From: Candidatus Saccharicenans subterraneus
GTDB taxonomy: Bacteria > Acidobacteriota > Aminicenantia > Aminicenantales > Saccharicenantaceae
Length of the DNA stretch: 64,000 bases
Assembly: GCA_003426165.1 (NCBI GenBank)
Contig: QUAH01000006.1
Coordinates: forward strand, 134,685 to 198,684
Reading direction: 5' to 3'
Below are positions 43,303-54,007 of this stretch, in pieces (position 1 is the stretch's first letter; the number at the start of each line of letters is the position of its first letter). The position numbers were made by a program, and so were the translations under genes. The notes under the pieces are model-generated. The model was not told the origin of the DNA. It saw only the letters and a program-made list of their open reading frames with translations, and made no database searches.

Positions 43303-43803
43303 TTATTTAATTTTTTGACCGGGTTGCCTTAACCGCTGGGCTCTTTCCATGAGTCCCCGGTTAAATTCCAGGCTGAATATAATATACCTGGCCTTCTGGA
43401 CCGGTGTCAAGCGGCTGAAGAGGAAATCCTCAAAAGCCTGCTCCCTGGCCTGGATATTATGCCTTAATTCCCTGATTTTCTGAACCCCGGCTTCAAACTC
43501 TTCATCAGTAGATTTTCCTGAATCAATCTTCTGCCTTAGATTCCTGATCTCCAGGGCCAGCTGCCTCTGCAACTCGGCTTTCTCTTTTTCTGCCCGGTTA
43601 AGCTCTGGAAAGATCATCGCCGTTTGCTGCTCGGTGAGCTCCAGCACCTGGGTCATGCGCAGAGCCCTCAGCGTTACCAGGTTTCGCCTGAGATTCCCCT
43701 GTTGCATCTGGCCGCGGGGCTCCTGCCCGCTGGCCTTTTGCCCGGCCAATAAGAAGATTAAGTTCAGCCCTATAAGAGTTATGAGCAATATTTTTTTAAT
43801 CAT
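43303..43803 (-). CDS. Periplasmic LTXXQ-motif protein (Spy/CpxP/ZraP-like envelope-stress chaperone family)
   Basis: Signal peptide. Two LTxxQ motifs (LELTEQQ and RLTPVQK) in a coiled-coil-rich 166-aa protein. Last gene of the ECF sigma operon. Confidence 0.5.
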   Translation of the reverse strand: MIKKILLITLIGLNLIFLLAGQKASGQEPRGQMQQGNLRRNLVTLRALRMTQVLELTEQQTAMIFPELNRAEKEKAELQRQLALEIRNLRQKIDSGKSTDEEFEAGVQKIRELRHNIQAREQAFEDFLFSRLTPVQKARYIIFSLEFNRGLMERAQRLRQPGQKIK

Positions 43804-44402
43804 AGTCCCTCCGATAAGCCACTTTTTTCTGTTAGTAAATTTATATTAACATCATTGTCAATAGTTTGCTCTTGGTAATCTTCCGGGTATGTCAGCTCTT
43901 CTAAATTCAGGTCCTTTACTTCTTCAAAAATACTGTTAAGAATCTCCTCGTTATATACTTCGTTCAACCTTTCATCGCTATTCAGGGTCTGGGTCAGAGC
44001 AAGGTAAGAATCCTCGAAAGACATCAGGGAAGCCAGGTCCAGGTTCTGATCCCTTTCCGCCGGCCTGTTGAAAACAAGAAGATAAAGAGCCACCATCACC
44101 AGAAAAGCTCCGGCGGCCAAGGCCGGGGCTAATTTCAGGCCCCAGCTCCTGGGCTTGTGAGTCCTTTTTTCAGCTTCGACCCTGACCAGGCGCTCCCTGA
44201 GCTCCCCTTCCAGGACTGCCAGGTTTTCAGGCTCCACGGCCGGGAGCTTTCTGATTTCTGCCTCTATCCCCTTCAATTCTTCTTCATAAAGACGGCAGGC
44301 CCGGCAGGTTTTAAGGTGGGTTTCCAATTTTTTCTGACTGGCCGGAGACAGCGATCCGTCCATCCTGTCAGATATCAATTTTTGATAGTGCGTGCACTTC
44401 AT
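43800..44402 (-). CDS. Anti-sigma factor with N-terminal zinc-finger (ZAS-like HxxxCxxC) and one TM helix
   Basis: MKCTHYQ...ETHLKTCRACR motif. Central hydrophobic helix LAPALAAGAFLVMVALYLLVF. Overlaps the sigma gene stop. Confidence 0.6.
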   Translation of the reverse strand: MKCTHYQKLISDRMDGSLSPASQKKLETHLKTCRACRLYEEELKGIEAEIRKLPAVEPENLAVLEGELRERLVRVEAEKRTHKPRSWGLKLAPALAAGAFLVMVALYLLVFNRPAERDQNLDLASLMSFEDSYLALTQTLNSDERLNEVYNEEILNSIFEEVKDLNLEELTYPEDYQEQTIDNDVNINLLTEKSGLSEGL

Positions 44403-44403
44403 C

Positions 44404-44985
44404 TCATACCTCTCTGGCCCGGTCCAGATATGGCCTCATCTTTTCCCTGAGCATTTTCCTGGCCTCGTGTATCTTCCAGGAAACCGTCCCCTCCGAGCAG
44501 CCAAGCACTTGGGCCGCCTCGGAATGACTCAGGCCCTGGAACACCACCAGGGTAAAGGCCAGTTTGTAATCCGCCGGAAGCCCGGCCAGGGCTTGTTCCA
44601 GTCCGGTTCTGAATTCCTCTCCCATCAACGTCTCTTCAGGAGAAGCGGCCACGGCCAGACCGGATTCGGTCGTATCTATTTCATCCAGGTACTCCATCTT
44701 CCCTTTTTCCCGGCCCGATCTTTGAAGAAAATTCAACGTCTCGTTGACCGCAATCCTGTACAGCCAGGTATGAAATCCGGACCTGGCCTTAAACTTCTTC
44801 AGCCCGGTGTAGGCCTTGAGCATGGTTTCCTGCATCAGGTCGGCGGCATCTTCGCGGTTCCCGGTCATCCGGTAAATCAACCGGTAAATCGGGACCTGGT
44901 AAGTCCTGATCAAGGCCATAAAAGCTTCCACCTCACCCCGACGGGCCCGGTTAACCAGATCCAGTTCCTGCTCTCTGTCTATCAT
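44404..44985 (-). CDS. ECF-subfamily RNA polymerase sigma-70 factor
   Basis: Region 2 (YRLIYRMTGNREDAADLMQETMLKAY) and region 4 (LSHSEAAQVLGCSEGTVSWKIHEARKMLREKM). 193 aa. Confidence 0.85.
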   Translation of the reverse strand: MIDREQELDLVNRARRGEVEAFMALIRTYQVPIYRLIYRMTGNREDAADLMQETMLKAYTGLKKFKARSGFHTWLYRIAVNETLNFLQRSGREKGKMEYLDEIDTTESGLAVAASPEETLMGEEFRTGLEQALAGLPADYKLAFTLVVFQGLSHSEAAQVLGCSEGTVSWKIHEARKMLREKMRPYLDRAREV

Positions 44986-45109
44986 CCGACCACAGTCAAG
45001 TTTAACCCGCCCGTCGCCCTCAGTTCAAGACAGCTTCAAACCTTCAATAATTTAGACAGATTCCAGCTAAGAATCTTGGCGATTCGGCACATTTTTATAC
45101 CATTTTAAA

Positions 45110-45138
45110 TTGACTTAAAAAAAGCTAATTGGTAATAT
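45110..45138 (+). promoter_or_regulatory. Candidate sigma-70 promoter for purB: TTGACT, 17-nt spacer, TAATAT
   Basis: Sequence aaaTTGACTtaaaaaaagctaattggTAATATgatttg lies 32 nt upstream of the purB ATG. Confidence 0.45.
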
Positions 45139-45169
45139 GATTTGTCAATTCGGGTAAAAGGAACTGCTA

Positions 45170-46462
45170 ATGATCGAAAGATACACCCTGCCTGAAATGG
45201 GGGCCATCTGGTCCGAAGAAAACAGGTACCGTAAATGGCTGGAAGTGGAGCTGGCCGTCTGCCAGGCCTGGGCCCGACTGGGCAAGATCCCACCCAAATC
45301 GCTGGAAAACATCAGGAAAAAAGCTGCTTTTTCCGTCCAGCGTATCGAAGAAATAGAAAAGGTGGTCAAACACGATGTAATCGCCTTTCTGACTTCGGTG
45401 GCCGAATACATCGGTGATGATTCTCGCTTTGTTCATATGGGCCTGACCTCATACGATGTCGTTGACACCGCCCTGTCGCTGCTGATGGTCGAATCCCTCG
45501 ACCGGGTGGAAAAAAGGCTCCTGGAACTCAGGAAAATTTTGAAAAAAAAGGCCCTCAAGTACAAGAAGACACCGTGTATCGGTCGGACGCACGGTGTCCA
45601 TGCCGAACCCATCACCTTCGGCTTCAAGATCCTGGTCTGGTACGAGGAAACCAACCGCCACCTGAAAAGGCTTAAGGCCGCCAGGGAAACCATCAGCGTC
45701 GGCCGGATTGCCGGCTCGGTCGGCACCTACATTCATCTCGACCCCAGGGTGGAAAAATATGCCCTCAAATCACTCGGTTTGAAACCGGCTCCGGTCTCAA
45801 CCCAGGTGCTGCAGCGTGACCGCCACGCCGAGGTGATGAGCTGCCTGGCCCTCATTGTAACCTCCCTGGAAAAGTTTGCCCTGGAAATCAGGCATCTTCA
45901 GAAAACCGAAGTCCTGGAGGTTGAGGAGCCCTTTACCCGCGGCCAGAAAGGTTCCTCGGCCATGCCCCACAAGAGAAACCCGGTGCGCTGTGAGCGGGTA
46001 GCCGGCCTGGCCAGGATTGTTCGCGGGAACCTCCAGGTGGCCCTGGAAAACATACCGCTCTGGCACGAACGGGACATTTCCCACTCTTCGGCTGAAAGGG
46101 TTATCTTCCCCGATTCGTTCATCCTGACCGATTATTTGCTTAAAGAGATGGCCGAAATAATTGGCAACTGGCACGTCTACCCGGCCAGAATGATGCAGAA
46201 TATCCAGGCCACCAGGGGCCTGATCTTTTCCCAGGCGGTGATGCTGGCCCTGACCCGGAAGGGTCTGAGCCGGGAGGAAGCTTACCGGCTGGTGCAGGCT
46301 TGCAGCCTGAAGGCCTGGCAGGAAAACCTGGATTTCAGGGAGCTGGTTTCTTCGGACCCGGAAATAACCCGCCATCTCTCGCCCAGGGAAATCGAATCCT
46401 GTTTTTCTCTCGAGCCGTATCTTCAGAAAATAGACTTCATCTTTGAAAGGGTTCTGCGATGA
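45170..46462 (+). CDS. purB: Adenylosuccinate lyase
   Basis: MIERYTLPEMGAIWSEENRYRKWLEVELAV... Fumarate-lyase signature region GSSAMPHKRNP. Confidence 0.93.
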   Translation: MIERYTLPEMGAIWSEENRYRKWLEVELAVCQAWARLGKIPPKSLENIRKKAAFSVQRIEEIEKVVKHDVIAFLTSVAEYIGDDSRFVHMGLTSYDVVDTALSLLMVESLDRVEKRLLELRKILKKKALKYKKTPCIGRTHGVHAEPITFGFKILVWYEETNRHLKRLKAARETISVGRIAGSVGTYIHLDPRVEKYALKSLGLKPAPVSTQVLQRDRHAEVMSCLALIVTSLEKFALEIRHLQKTEVLEVEEPFTRGQKGSSAMPHKRNPVRCERVAGLARIVRGNLQVALENIPLWHERDISHSSAERVIFPDSFILTDYLLKEMAEIIGNWHVYPARMMQNIQATRGLIFSQAVMLALTRKGLSREEAYRLVQACSLKAWQENLDFRELVSSDPEITRHLSPREIESCFSLEPYLQKIDFIFERVLR

Positions 46463-46704
46463 AAGTTAGAATTCTGGTCTCGCTCAAGGAAAGCGTTCTT
46501 GACCCTCAGGGACAGACGGTACGAAACGCCCTGCACACCCTGGGCTATCACCAGGTCAAAGATGTTCGCCAGGGAAAGGTGTTTGAAATCGACCTGGAAG
46601 GCCTGGACCGGGCTGAAGTCGAGAAGGTAATCCCGGAAATTGCCGACCGGGTGCTGGCCAATCCCATCATCGAAAAATTCAGCTGGGAAATACTGGAGGC
46701 CTGA
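46459..46704 (+). CDS. purS: Phosphoribosylformylglycinamidine synthase subunit PurS
   Basis: 81 aa. [34 protein letters not shown] overlap with purB. Confidence 0.9.
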   Translation: MKVRILVSLKESVLDPQGQTVRNALHTLGYHQVKDVRQGKVFEIDLEGLDRAEVEKVIPEIADRVLANPIIEKFSWEILEA

Positions 46705-46730
46705 AGGCCCGGCGGAGAAAGGATCCAAAG

Positions 46731-47504
46731 ATGAAATTTGGAGTGGTCGTTTTCCCGGGTTCCAACTGCGATTATGATACTTTCCATGCCCTGCAGAACG
46801 TCATGGGCCAGGAAACTGTCTTTCTCTGGCATAAAGACCATGACCTGCGAGGGGTGGACTGCGTGGTCCTGCCCGGTGGTTTTTCCTACGGAGATTACCT
46901 GCGTTCCGGAGCCATCGCCCGCTTCTCCCCCATCATGAGGGAGGTCAAGAAATTCGCCGATTCCGGAGGCCTGGTCCTTGGAATCTGTAACGGATTTCAG
47001 ATTCTGCTGGAAGCCGGGCTGCTTCCCGGAGCCATGCTCAGAAATAAGAATCTAAAGTTCCTCTGCCAGCACGTCCATATCCGAATCGAGAACAACCGGA
47101 CGGCTTTCAGCAGTGCCGGCCACAGGGGCCAGGTTCTCAGAATACCCATTGCCCATTTTGACGGGAATTATTACGCCCCGCCCGACCTTCTCTCAGAACT
47201 GGAAAAGAACAAACAGGTTGTATTCCGCTACTGCGACGAAAAAGGAAAACTGAGCGAGGAAGCCAACGTCAACGGTTCAGCCCACAGCATCGCCGGCCTC
47301 ATCAACCGCCAGGGCAACGTCCTGGGGATGATGCCCCACCCCGAAAGAGCTTCAGAAAAAATACTGGGCAGTGAGGACGGTAAAATAATCTTCAGCTCAA
47401 TGATTGACTATCTGGAGAAAAAAAGGGGAACCGGAAAGAAAAAGGCGACCCGGGCCGCCAGGCCTGCGGTGACACCTCTTCCGCCCCTTATCGGGACTTT
47501 TTGA
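46731..47504 (+). CDS. purQ: Phosphoribosylformylglycinamidine synthase glutaminase subunit PurQ
   Basis: [18 protein letters not shown]...GICNGFQIL (class I GATase Cys). Confidence 0.92.
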   Translation: MKFGVVVFPGSNCDYDTFHALQNVMGQETVFLWHKDHDLRGVDCVVLPGGFSYGDYLRSGAIARFSPIMREVKKFADSGGLVLGICNGFQILLEAGLLPGAMLRNKNLKFLCQHVHIRIENNRTAFSSAGHRGQVLRIPIAHFDGNYYAPPDLLSELEKNKQVVFRYCDEKGKLSEEANVNGSAHSIAGLINRQGNVLGMMPHPERASEKILGSEDGKIIFSSMIDYLEKKRGTGKKKATRAARPAVTPLPPLIGTF

Positions 47505-47514
47505 GGATACCATC

Positions 47515-49728
47515 ATGATCGACGCAAAAACTCTGGCCGACCATAACCTGACCCGTGAAGAATACGAACTGATTGTCAAACTGATCGGTCGCGAACCCAA
47601 CCTGACGGAACTCGGCATATTTTCGGTGATGTGGTCCGAACACTGTGGCTACAAGAGTTCCCGGGTACACCTGAAAAAATTCCCGACCAGGGGAAAATAC
47701 CTGATCCAGGGCCCCGGAGAAAACGCCGGGGTCATGGACATCGGCGACGGCCTGGCTGTGGTTTTCAAGATTGAATCTCACAACCACCCTTCCTACATTG
47801 AACCCTACCAGGGTGCGGCGACCGGGGTCGGGGGCATCTTGCGGGACATCTTTACCATGGGGGCCAGGCCGGTGGCCGTGCTCGATTCCCTTCGTTTCGG
47901 TCCCCTCGACCAGCCCGAGAACCGGTCCATAATGGACGGTGTGGTCAGCGGAATATCCGGCTATGGAAATTCGTTCGGCGTGCCCACGGTCGGGGGCGAA
48001 GTTTATTTCAACGAGTGCTATGCCCAGAACCCGCTGGTTAATGTCTGCTGCGTGGGGCTGGCCCGGAAGGACAAACTTTTCCTGGCCAGGGCCCGGGGTG
48101 TGGGCAATGCCGTGATTTACGTCGGGGCCAGGACCGGGCGGGACGGCATTCACGGCGCTACCATGGCCTCGGCCGAGTTCGGTGAGGAAACCGAGCACAA
48201 GAGACCCAACGTTCAGGTGGGCGACCCCTTCAAGGAGAAGCTGCTGCTGGAAGCCTGCCTGGAAGCCATGGCCAGGGACCTGATCGTCGGGATCCAGGAC
48301 ATGGGCGCGGCCGGGCTGACCTGTTCCACCACTGAAATGGCAGCCAAGGCCGGGACCGGGATGGAAATCAACCTGGACCTGGTGCCCCAGCGTGAAGCCG
48401 GGATGAATCCTTACGAAATAATGCTCTCTGAATCCCAGGAACGAATGCTTATCGTGGCCGAACCGGATAAGGTTGAAGAGCTGAAGAAGATCTTCACCAA
48501 GTGGGACCTGGAAGCAGTGGTCATTGGAAAAGTAACGGATGATGAACGGCTCAAGGCCTATTTTCATGGCCAGCTGGTCATTGACATACCGGTTAAGGCA
48601 GTGGTTGACCTTTGCCCGGCCTACCGGCGGCCGGCCCGGACACCTGCCTTCCTGAGGAAGGTCACCAGGTTTCGCCTTCCCGAAATGCCCTCGGACCTCA
48701 ACCAGGTTTTTCTCCAGCTCCTGGCCTCACCCAACATCTCAGACAAAGAATGGGTTTTCCGGCAGTACGACCATATGGTCCAGGTTAATACCATGGTGCT
48801 GCCCGGGGCCGACGCCGCCGTGCTCAGGCTCAAGGGCTTGAAGAAGGGCCTGGCCATGACCCTCGACGGGAACTCTCTCTACACTTACCTTAATCCCAGG
48901 CGGGGCGGCCAGATTGCCGTGGCCGAAGCCTGCCGTAACCTGGCCTGCGCCGGGGCGACACCAATCGGGGTTACCAACTGCCTCAATTTTGGCAACCCGG
49001 AAAAACCAGAAATCATGTGGCAGTTCAAACAGGCGGTGGAAGGAATTGCCGAAGCCTGCCGCCGGTTCGAAATACCGGTTACCGGCGGAAACGTTAGCTT
49101 CTACAATGAAACTGAAGGCAAAGCCATCTATCCCACCCCGGTTCTGGGAATTATCGGACTGGTGGAAGACACCTCCCTGGTGCCCTCGGCTGGATTCCGT
49201 GGGGCCGGGGATGTAATTATTCTTCTGGGAGAAAACAAAGAGGAGCTGGGTGGCTCGGAATACCTTAGGCTCGTTTTTTCCGAAGAAAAAGGTCAGCCGC
49301 CGGCTCTCAATATCGAGAAGGAGAAAAGAGTTCAGGCATGCTGTCGACAGGCCATTCGCTCCGGGCTGGTCAGAACAGCCCACGACCTGTCTGAAGGCGG
49401 GCTGGCCGTGGCCCTGGCCGAATGTTCATTCAAGGGTCCGCGCCCGATAGGATTTCAGGTGAAGCTGGATGACCGGCTCAGGACCGATGCCCTGCTGTTC
49501 GGCGAAAGCCAGTCCAGAATCATCCTGGCCGCCAGAAAAGAGAAGGCCCGGAAAATTTTGGCTCTGGCCAAAAAGATGAAAGTAAAGGCCAGGATAATCG
49601 GAAGGACCGGCGGTCGGAAAATGGTCATCTGGCACCGGAAGAAAAAGGTTGTTGACCAGCCGCTGGAACTGGGCTACCGGGCCTGGAAAAACTCCATTCC
49701 TGACTATTTCAAGGTAAAGAAAACCTGA
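47515..49728 (+). CDS. purL: Phosphoribosylformylglycinamidine synthase subunit PurL
   Basis: [17 protein letters not shown]... AIR-synthase-related domains. 737 aa. Confidence 0.94.
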   Translation: MIDAKTLADHNLTREEYELIVKLIGREPNLTELGIFSVMWSEHCGYKSSRVHLKKFPTRGKYLIQGPGENAGVMDIGDGLAVVFKIESHNHPSYIEPYQGAATGVGGILRDIFTMGARPVAVLDSLRFGPLDQPENRSIMDGVVSGISGYGNSFGVPTVGGEVYFNECYAQNPLVNVCCVGLARKDKLFLARARGVGNAVIYVGARTGRDGIHGATMASAEFGEETEHKRPNVQVGDPFKEKLLLEACLEAMARDLIVGIQDMGAAGLTCSTTEMAAKAGTGMEINLDLVPQREAGMNPYEIMLSESQERMLIVAEPDKVEELKKIFTKWDLEAVVIGKVTDDERLKAYFHGQLVIDIPVKAVVDLCPAYRRPARTPAFLRKVTRFRLPEMPSDLNQVFLQLLASPNISDKEWVFRQYDHMVQVNTMVLPGADAAVLRLKGLKKGLAMTLDGNSLYTYLNPRRGGQIAVAEACRNLACAGATPIGVTNCLNFGNPEKPEIMWQFKQAVEGIAEACRRFEIPVTGGNVSFYNETEGKAIYPTPVLGIIGLVEDTSLVPSAGFRGAGDVIILLGENKEELGGSEYLRLVFSEEKGQPPALNIEKEKRVQACCRQAIRSGLVRTAHDLSEGGLAVALAECSFKGPRPIGFQVKLDDRLRTDALLFGESQSRIILAARKEKARKILALAKKMKVKARIIGRTGGRKMVIWHRKKKVVDQPLELGYRAWKNSIPDYFKVKKT

Positions 49729-49737
49729 GGGGGAAAA

Positions 49738-50376
49738 ATGGAACAGGAAGTATTCCGAAGCCCTAGGAAAAGGGGCAGAGTGGCAGTATTGCTTTCTGGC
49801 CGCGGCTCCAACTTCAGGGCCATTCATGAAGCCATGCTGGCCGGAAAGATAAACGCCGACATTGTGCTGGTATTCAGCAACAAGGCCGAGGCCCCGGGGC
49901 TGCAGACAGCCAGGGAGAGAGGCCTGGAAACTCTTCATCTGGACCCCAAGAGTTTCCCCAGCAAAGAGGCCTACGATGCAGCCATAGTCGAAGAGTTGAA
50001 AAAACGTGAAGTTGACCTGGTCTGCCTGGCCGGTTACATGAAAATAATCACCCCGCTTTTCTGCCAGGCTTTCAGGAACCGGATCATGAACATCCATCCG
50101 GCGCTTCTACCTTCGTTTCCTGGACTTCATGCCCAGAAACAGGCCGTTGATTACGGGGTGCGTTATTCCGGGGCCACCGTCCACTTCGTCTGGGAAGAGG
50201 TGGATGCCGGACCCATCATCTTGCAGGCCGTGGTTCCGGTCCACCAGGATGATACCGAGGAGACCCTGGCCGAGAGAATCCTGGAATGGGAACACAAGAT
50301 ATACCCCGAGGCGGTGCGTCTTTATTTTGAAGGCAGGCTGGAAGTGCGGGGTCGCAAAGTCTACATCATGGACTGA
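49738..50376 (+). CDS. purN: Phosphoribosylglycinamide formyltransferase
   Basis: VAVLLSGRGSNFRAI...NIHPALLPSFPG... Confidence 0.9.
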   Translation: MEQEVFRSPRKRGRVAVLLSGRGSNFRAIHEAMLAGKINADIVLVFSNKAEAPGLQTARERGLETLHLDPKSFPSKEAYDAAIVEELKKREVDLVCLAGYMKIITPLFCQAFRNRIMNIHPALLPSFPGLHAQKQAVDYGVRYSGATVHFVWEEVDAGPIILQAVVPVHQDDTEETLAERILEWEHKIYPEAVRLYFEGRLEVRGRKVYIMD

Positions 50377-50514
50377 CCATACCTTTTATTATATAAGCGC
50401 AGGCCAGGCCGGCCCCGGACCACACCCCCCAGAAAAAAATCAGGCTTAAATCCCTTGAAATTCCCGTCATATTAGGTCATATTTATAGCTTCAAGACCAA
50501 TCGAGGTTGGCACG

Positions 50515-51747
50515 ATGTTCAAGCCTGTTGAAGAACAACTGAAGCTCCTCAAGAAGGGAGCGGTGGAAATCATCCAGGAAGAAGACCTGGTTCGCAAACT
50601 GGAAAGGTCCAGGAAGGAAAATCGGCCGCTCCGGGTTAAAGCCGGGTTTGACCCGACGGCACCCGATATTCACCTGGGACATACCGTCCTTCTCAGGAAG
50701 ATGAAGCACTTCCAGGAACTGGGGCATGAGGTCATCTTTCTGATCGGCGATTTCACCGGCCTGATCGGCGACCCCAGCGGCCGCTCGGCCACCAGGCCGG
50801 CCATGACCAGGGAGGAAATCAACCGGAATGCCGAGACCTACAAGCAGCAGGTTTTCAAGATACTCGACCCTCAAAAAACCATCATAGATTTTAATTCCCG
50901 CTGGCTGGGGGCGCTGTCCAGTTTTGACATCATCAGGCTCACTTCAAAATATACCGTGGCCAGGATCCTGGAGCGGGACGATTTCACCAAGAGGTTCAAG
51001 GCCGGGCTACCCATATCTGTGCACGAGCTCCTTTATCCTCTGATGCAGGCTTACGATTCGGTGGCCCTTCAGGCCGACGTGGAACTTGGCGGCACCGACC
51101 AGAAGTTCAACCTGCTGGTCGGCCGGGAAATCCAGAGGGAATACGGGCAGGAACCGCAGGTCATCCTGACCATGCCGCTGCTGGAAGGCCTGGACGGCGT
51201 GGAAAAGATGTCCAAGTCCCTGGGAAATTATGTCGGAATTAACGAACCACCCGAAGAAATTTTCGGCAAGTTGATGTCTATCTCCGACGAGCTGATGTAC
51301 CGTTACTACGAGCTTTTAACCGATGTGCCGACCGACCAGATCGAAGACTGGAAAAAACAGGCCAGGGAAGGCAGCCTCAACCCGCGCGACTTAAAAGCCG
51401 GCCTGGCCCGGATGGTCGTGGCTGATTTCTGGGGAGAAGAAGAAGGCCAGAGGGCAGCCGAAGAGTTCGACCGGATTTTCAAACATAAGGACCTGCCGAG
51501 CGAAATGGAAGAAAAGGTCGTCGAAACCTACGGTGAGCAAACCCAGCTGGAGCTGGTCGACCTGATGGTTAACCTGGGCATAGTTCCCTCCCGCGGCGAG
51601 GCCAAGCGGCTAATCCGCCAGGGTGGAGTCTACGTTGACGGCCAGCGGGTTGAAGACCTGGAACACAAACTGGATGCCAGCCGGACAGAACAGATCCTCA
51701 AGGTCGGCAAGAGGAAATTCTACCGGCTCAAGTTGCAACACAAATAA
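50515..51747 (+). CDS. tyrS: Tyrosine--tRNA ligase
   Basis: HIGH-type motif (HLGHTV). KMSKS. C-terminal S4 domain. Confidence 0.92.
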   Translation: MFKPVEEQLKLLKKGAVEIIQEEDLVRKLERSRKENRPLRVKAGFDPTAPDIHLGHTVLLRKMKHFQELGHEVIFLIGDFTGLIGDPSGRSATRPAMTREEINRNAETYKQQVFKILDPQKTIIDFNSRWLGALSSFDIIRLTSKYTVARILERDDFTKRFKAGLPISVHELLYPLMQAYDSVALQADVELGGTDQKFNLLVGREIQREYGQEPQVILTMPLLEGLDGVEKMSKSLGNYVGINEPPEEIFGKLMSISDELMYRYYELLTDVPTDQIEDWKKQAREGSLNPRDLKAGLARMVVADFWGEEEGQRAAEEFDRIFKHKDLPSEMEEKVVETYGEQTQLELVDLMVNLGIVPSRGEAKRLIRQGGVYVDGQRVEDLEHKLDASRTEQILKVGKRKFYRLKLQHK

Positions 51748-51845
51748 TGAATTGAAGAAGAAATAGCCCGGGCGGAGAAGCTACCAGCCCTGGTTATGAA
51801 TCAGGCTCCAGGATATGAGCAGAGGATGATCAAAGCCAGAGCCAG

Positions 51846-51874
51846 TTTGCTTAACCCTCGAGAATCTTATATAA
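51846..51874 (+). promoter_or_regulatory. Possible promoter TTGCTT, 17-nt spacer, TATAAT upstream of the RsbW-like gene
   Basis: Sequence gtTTGCTTaaccctcgagaatcttaTATAATcgggcc. The -10 box ends only 12 nt before the annotated ATG, so the transcript would be near-leaderless or the start is mis-set. Confidence 0.25.
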
Positions 51875-51886
51875 TCGGGCCAGGGG

Positions 51887-52324
51887 ATGAACTTGGATAA
51901 GGCTGCGGCTGTCATCGAAGTTGCCAGCGAGCTCGGAGAAATTGAAGCCATCAAGAATTTCCTGGACCAAAATCTCCAGGCCCTGCCGGTAACCGAGGAA
52001 GAACATTTCCAGATCGAGCTGGCCCTGATTGAAATCTGCCTCAACATAATCCATTACGCCTACCCTGAAAACAGGGGCACAATCCAGGTAAGATTCTGGA
52101 CCGAGGGACCGCAGGTTTTCCTGGAGATTAGAGATAGCGGCGTACCTTTCGACCCCTCACAGTCGCCTACCCCGGACATAGAAGAGATCATCCGCAAAAG
52201 AAAAAAGGGCGGGCTGGGCATTTACCTCAGCCGGGAGTTGATGGACGGATTTTCCTATCGCCGGGATGGCGGACAGAACATTCTGCTGATGCACAAAAGG
52301 TTGTCCGCGGCCGAGGCTAACTGA
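51887..52324 (+). CDS. Anti-sigma regulatory factor / Ser-protein kinase of the RsbW/SpoIIAB type (HATPase_c fold)
   Basis: 145 aa. N-box-like ELALIEICLNIIHYAY. G-box GGLGIYLSRELMDGF. Confidence 0.65.
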   Translation: MNLDKAAAVIEVASELGEIEAIKNFLDQNLQALPVTEEEHFQIELALIEICLNIIHYAYPENRGTIQVRFWTEGPQVFLEIRDSGVPFDPSQSPTPDIEEIIRKRKKGGLGIYLSRELMDGFSYRRDGGQNILLMHKRLSAAEAN

Positions 52325-53152
52325 TCAGTACAGGACCGCGGCCTCGCCCTTTTCCTGGATGAGCTTATCTATGGCCTGAAGGATGAGCTCCTTCCGGGCC
52401 AGGACGGCGTTGATCTCATCATCAGTCAGGTACTCTCCGACGATACCTTTAATTAACTCAAAATTCAGGGCTTTTATTTTTTCCACGAAGGCCCGGGGCA
52501 GCTCGCTCATCGGCTTCGGACCCTCCCGGTGTTTTTCGGAGTAAATCAGGTTCTGGGTGAATTTTTTCCCGGTGCGGAAAGACCGAGAATGGTCAATCAG
52601 TATCATCCGCCAGTCGGCGGTTATCAAGATGTTGTTCATGTGGCGGTCTTCGTTGCCGATCAGGTTGTCAAAGGCCCTCTGCAGGTAAACGGCCCGGTTC
52701 CAGTTCATCAGCTTGATGGGTGGAGTCTTGATATTTTTCTCGGTCTTTTGTTTTAGGGTCATCTGGTAGTCAACCCAGATCTGGCAGGAACCACGGTTGT
52801 TATGAAACCTTCTTTCCACCGTGGGCGGGACCATGTTCAATTCCAGGTAATTATCCATCAGGTAAGCCGCTATTTCGTATTTCCAGCCTTCCACGAAACC
52901 CTTCAGGCGGCCTTCCGGGTTCTTCCAGAGAGCATTCCTGGTGATCCCGTCCTTTTCCAGGGTCAGTTTCCAGGGGCTGGTGACGGACTCCGGGCCGATT
53001 AGCTGCTCTTCATTGACAATGTTGGCCGTCCGCAAAAATTCTTCCCACCTGGCTCGCTCGGCCACCTCGTCCGGCGTGAACTGAGGAAATAACGGCAGGA
53101 AAAGAAGCAAGGCCACCGAAACCACGAAAAAGCCATAAAACTTTCTTCCCAT
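52325..53152 (-). CDS. Secreted PI3/PI4-kinase-fold protein, type II PI4-kinase-like, paralog 1
   Basis: Signal peptide. ALWKNPEG (Lys region), YLMDNYLELNMVPPTV, GSCQIWVDY, catalytic loop IGNEDRHMNNIL and activation segment ILIDHSRSF align with PI4KII motifs (AVFKPKNEEP, LVDQKLELNIVPRT, GSFQLFVEGY, IRNTDRGNDNWLI, AIDNGLAF). GAGGAGGG RBS. Confidence 0.6.
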   Translation of the reverse strand: MGRKFYGFFVVSVALLLFLPLFPQFTPDEVAERARWEEFLRTANIVNEEQLIGPESVTSPWKLTLEKDGITRNALWKNPEGRLKGFVEGWKYEIAAYLMDNYLELNMVPPTVERRFHNNRGSCQIWVDYQMTLKQKTEKNIKTPPIKLMNWNRAVYLQRAFDNLIGNEDRHMNNILITADWRMILIDHSRSFRTGKKFTQNLIYSEKHREGPKPMSELPRAFVEKIKALNFELIKGIVGEYLTDDEINAVLARKELILQAIDKLIQEKGEAAVLY

Positions 53153-53161
53153 ATTCCCTCC

Positions 53162-53995
53162 TCAATAAAGGACCTTGCCCTCGCCCACGACTTTGATCAT
53201 CTCGTCTATTTCCTTAAGTATTAAATCTTTGCGGGCCAGGACGGCCCTGATTTCTTTATCGGTCAGGTATGGCCCAACGGCCTGTTTGATGCTGTCAAAG
53301 GTCAGGGCCTTGATATTCTCCACCAGTTGCCTAGGCAATTTTCTGAAAGGCAGGGCCCGGCTATCAGCTCTTAACGGGTTTAGACCGAACAGGAGGTGCT
53401 TGGTATATTTTTCTTCTGACCGGAAGCTCCGGGAGTGGTCGATTAGTATGGTCCTCCAGTCCTTGGTATATAAGGTATTTTGCTGGGTGCGGTCCTCGTT
53501 GGCGATCAGGGCATCAAACACCCGGGAAATATATTTTCTCTTCTCCCAGTTATCGGCTTCCGGCCCGCTCGATGGCAGGGGGATATTCTTTTCCATCACC
53601 TGCAGCAGGCTGTATTCTTTCTCCACCCAGAGTTGCAGGGAGCCTCTCTGGCCCCTGAATACCCTCTCCACCGTTGGCGGGATCATGTTCAAGCCCAGCA
53701 GCTTGTCCAGCCGGTAGGCGGCAATTTCATACTGCCAGCCCTCGAGGAAGCCGCCCTGAATTCCGCTGGGGTTCTTCCAGACTCCGCTTCTTTCAACATC
53801 ACCTTTTTTGAGGAAAAGGCGAACCGGCTTGGTTACCCCCTCACCTATCTCTTTATAATCTATTATCTCCGCGGTCAGCAGAAATTCTTCCAGTTCCTCC
53901 CTCTGAGCTATTTCTTCTGGCCTAAACTGTGAAGACAGGGGCAGGTTCAGAACCAAGAGCAATAAACCAACGGCCAAAATCGCACTCTTTCTCAT
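53162..53995 (-). CDS. Secreted PI3/PI4-kinase-fold protein, type II PI4-kinase-like, paralog 2
   Basis: Signal peptide. GVWKNPSG, YRLDKLLGLNMIPPTV, GSLQLWVE, IANEDRTQQNTL, ILIDHSRSF. AAGGAG RBS. Confidence 0.6.
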   Translation of the reverse strand: MRKSAILAVGLLLLVLNLPLSSQFRPEEIAQREELEEFLLTAEIIDYKEIGEGVTKPVRLFLKKGDVERSGVWKNPSGIQGGFLEGWQYEIAAYRLDKLLGLNMIPPTVERVFRGQRGSLQLWVEKEYSLLQVMEKNIPLPSSGPEADNWEKRKYISRVFDALIANEDRTQQNTLYTKDWRTILIDHSRSFRSEEKYTKHLLFGLNPLRADSRALPFRKLPRQLVENIKALTFDSIKQAVGPYLTDKEIRAVLARKDLILKEIDEMIKVVGEGKVLY

Positions 53996-54007
53996 TTCCC
54001 CGACTCC

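Noticed and set aside
47488-48567. 359-aa minus-strand ORF inside purL and across the purQ-purL junction
   Set aside because: Antisense to conserved purQ/purL. Gly/His/Pro-rich translation. No RBS.
50377-50514. Possible T-box riboswitch upstream of tyrS
   Set aside because: The leader is only about 138 nt. No T-box consensus (AGGGUGGNACCGCG-like) or specifier-loop/antiterminator architecture is visible.
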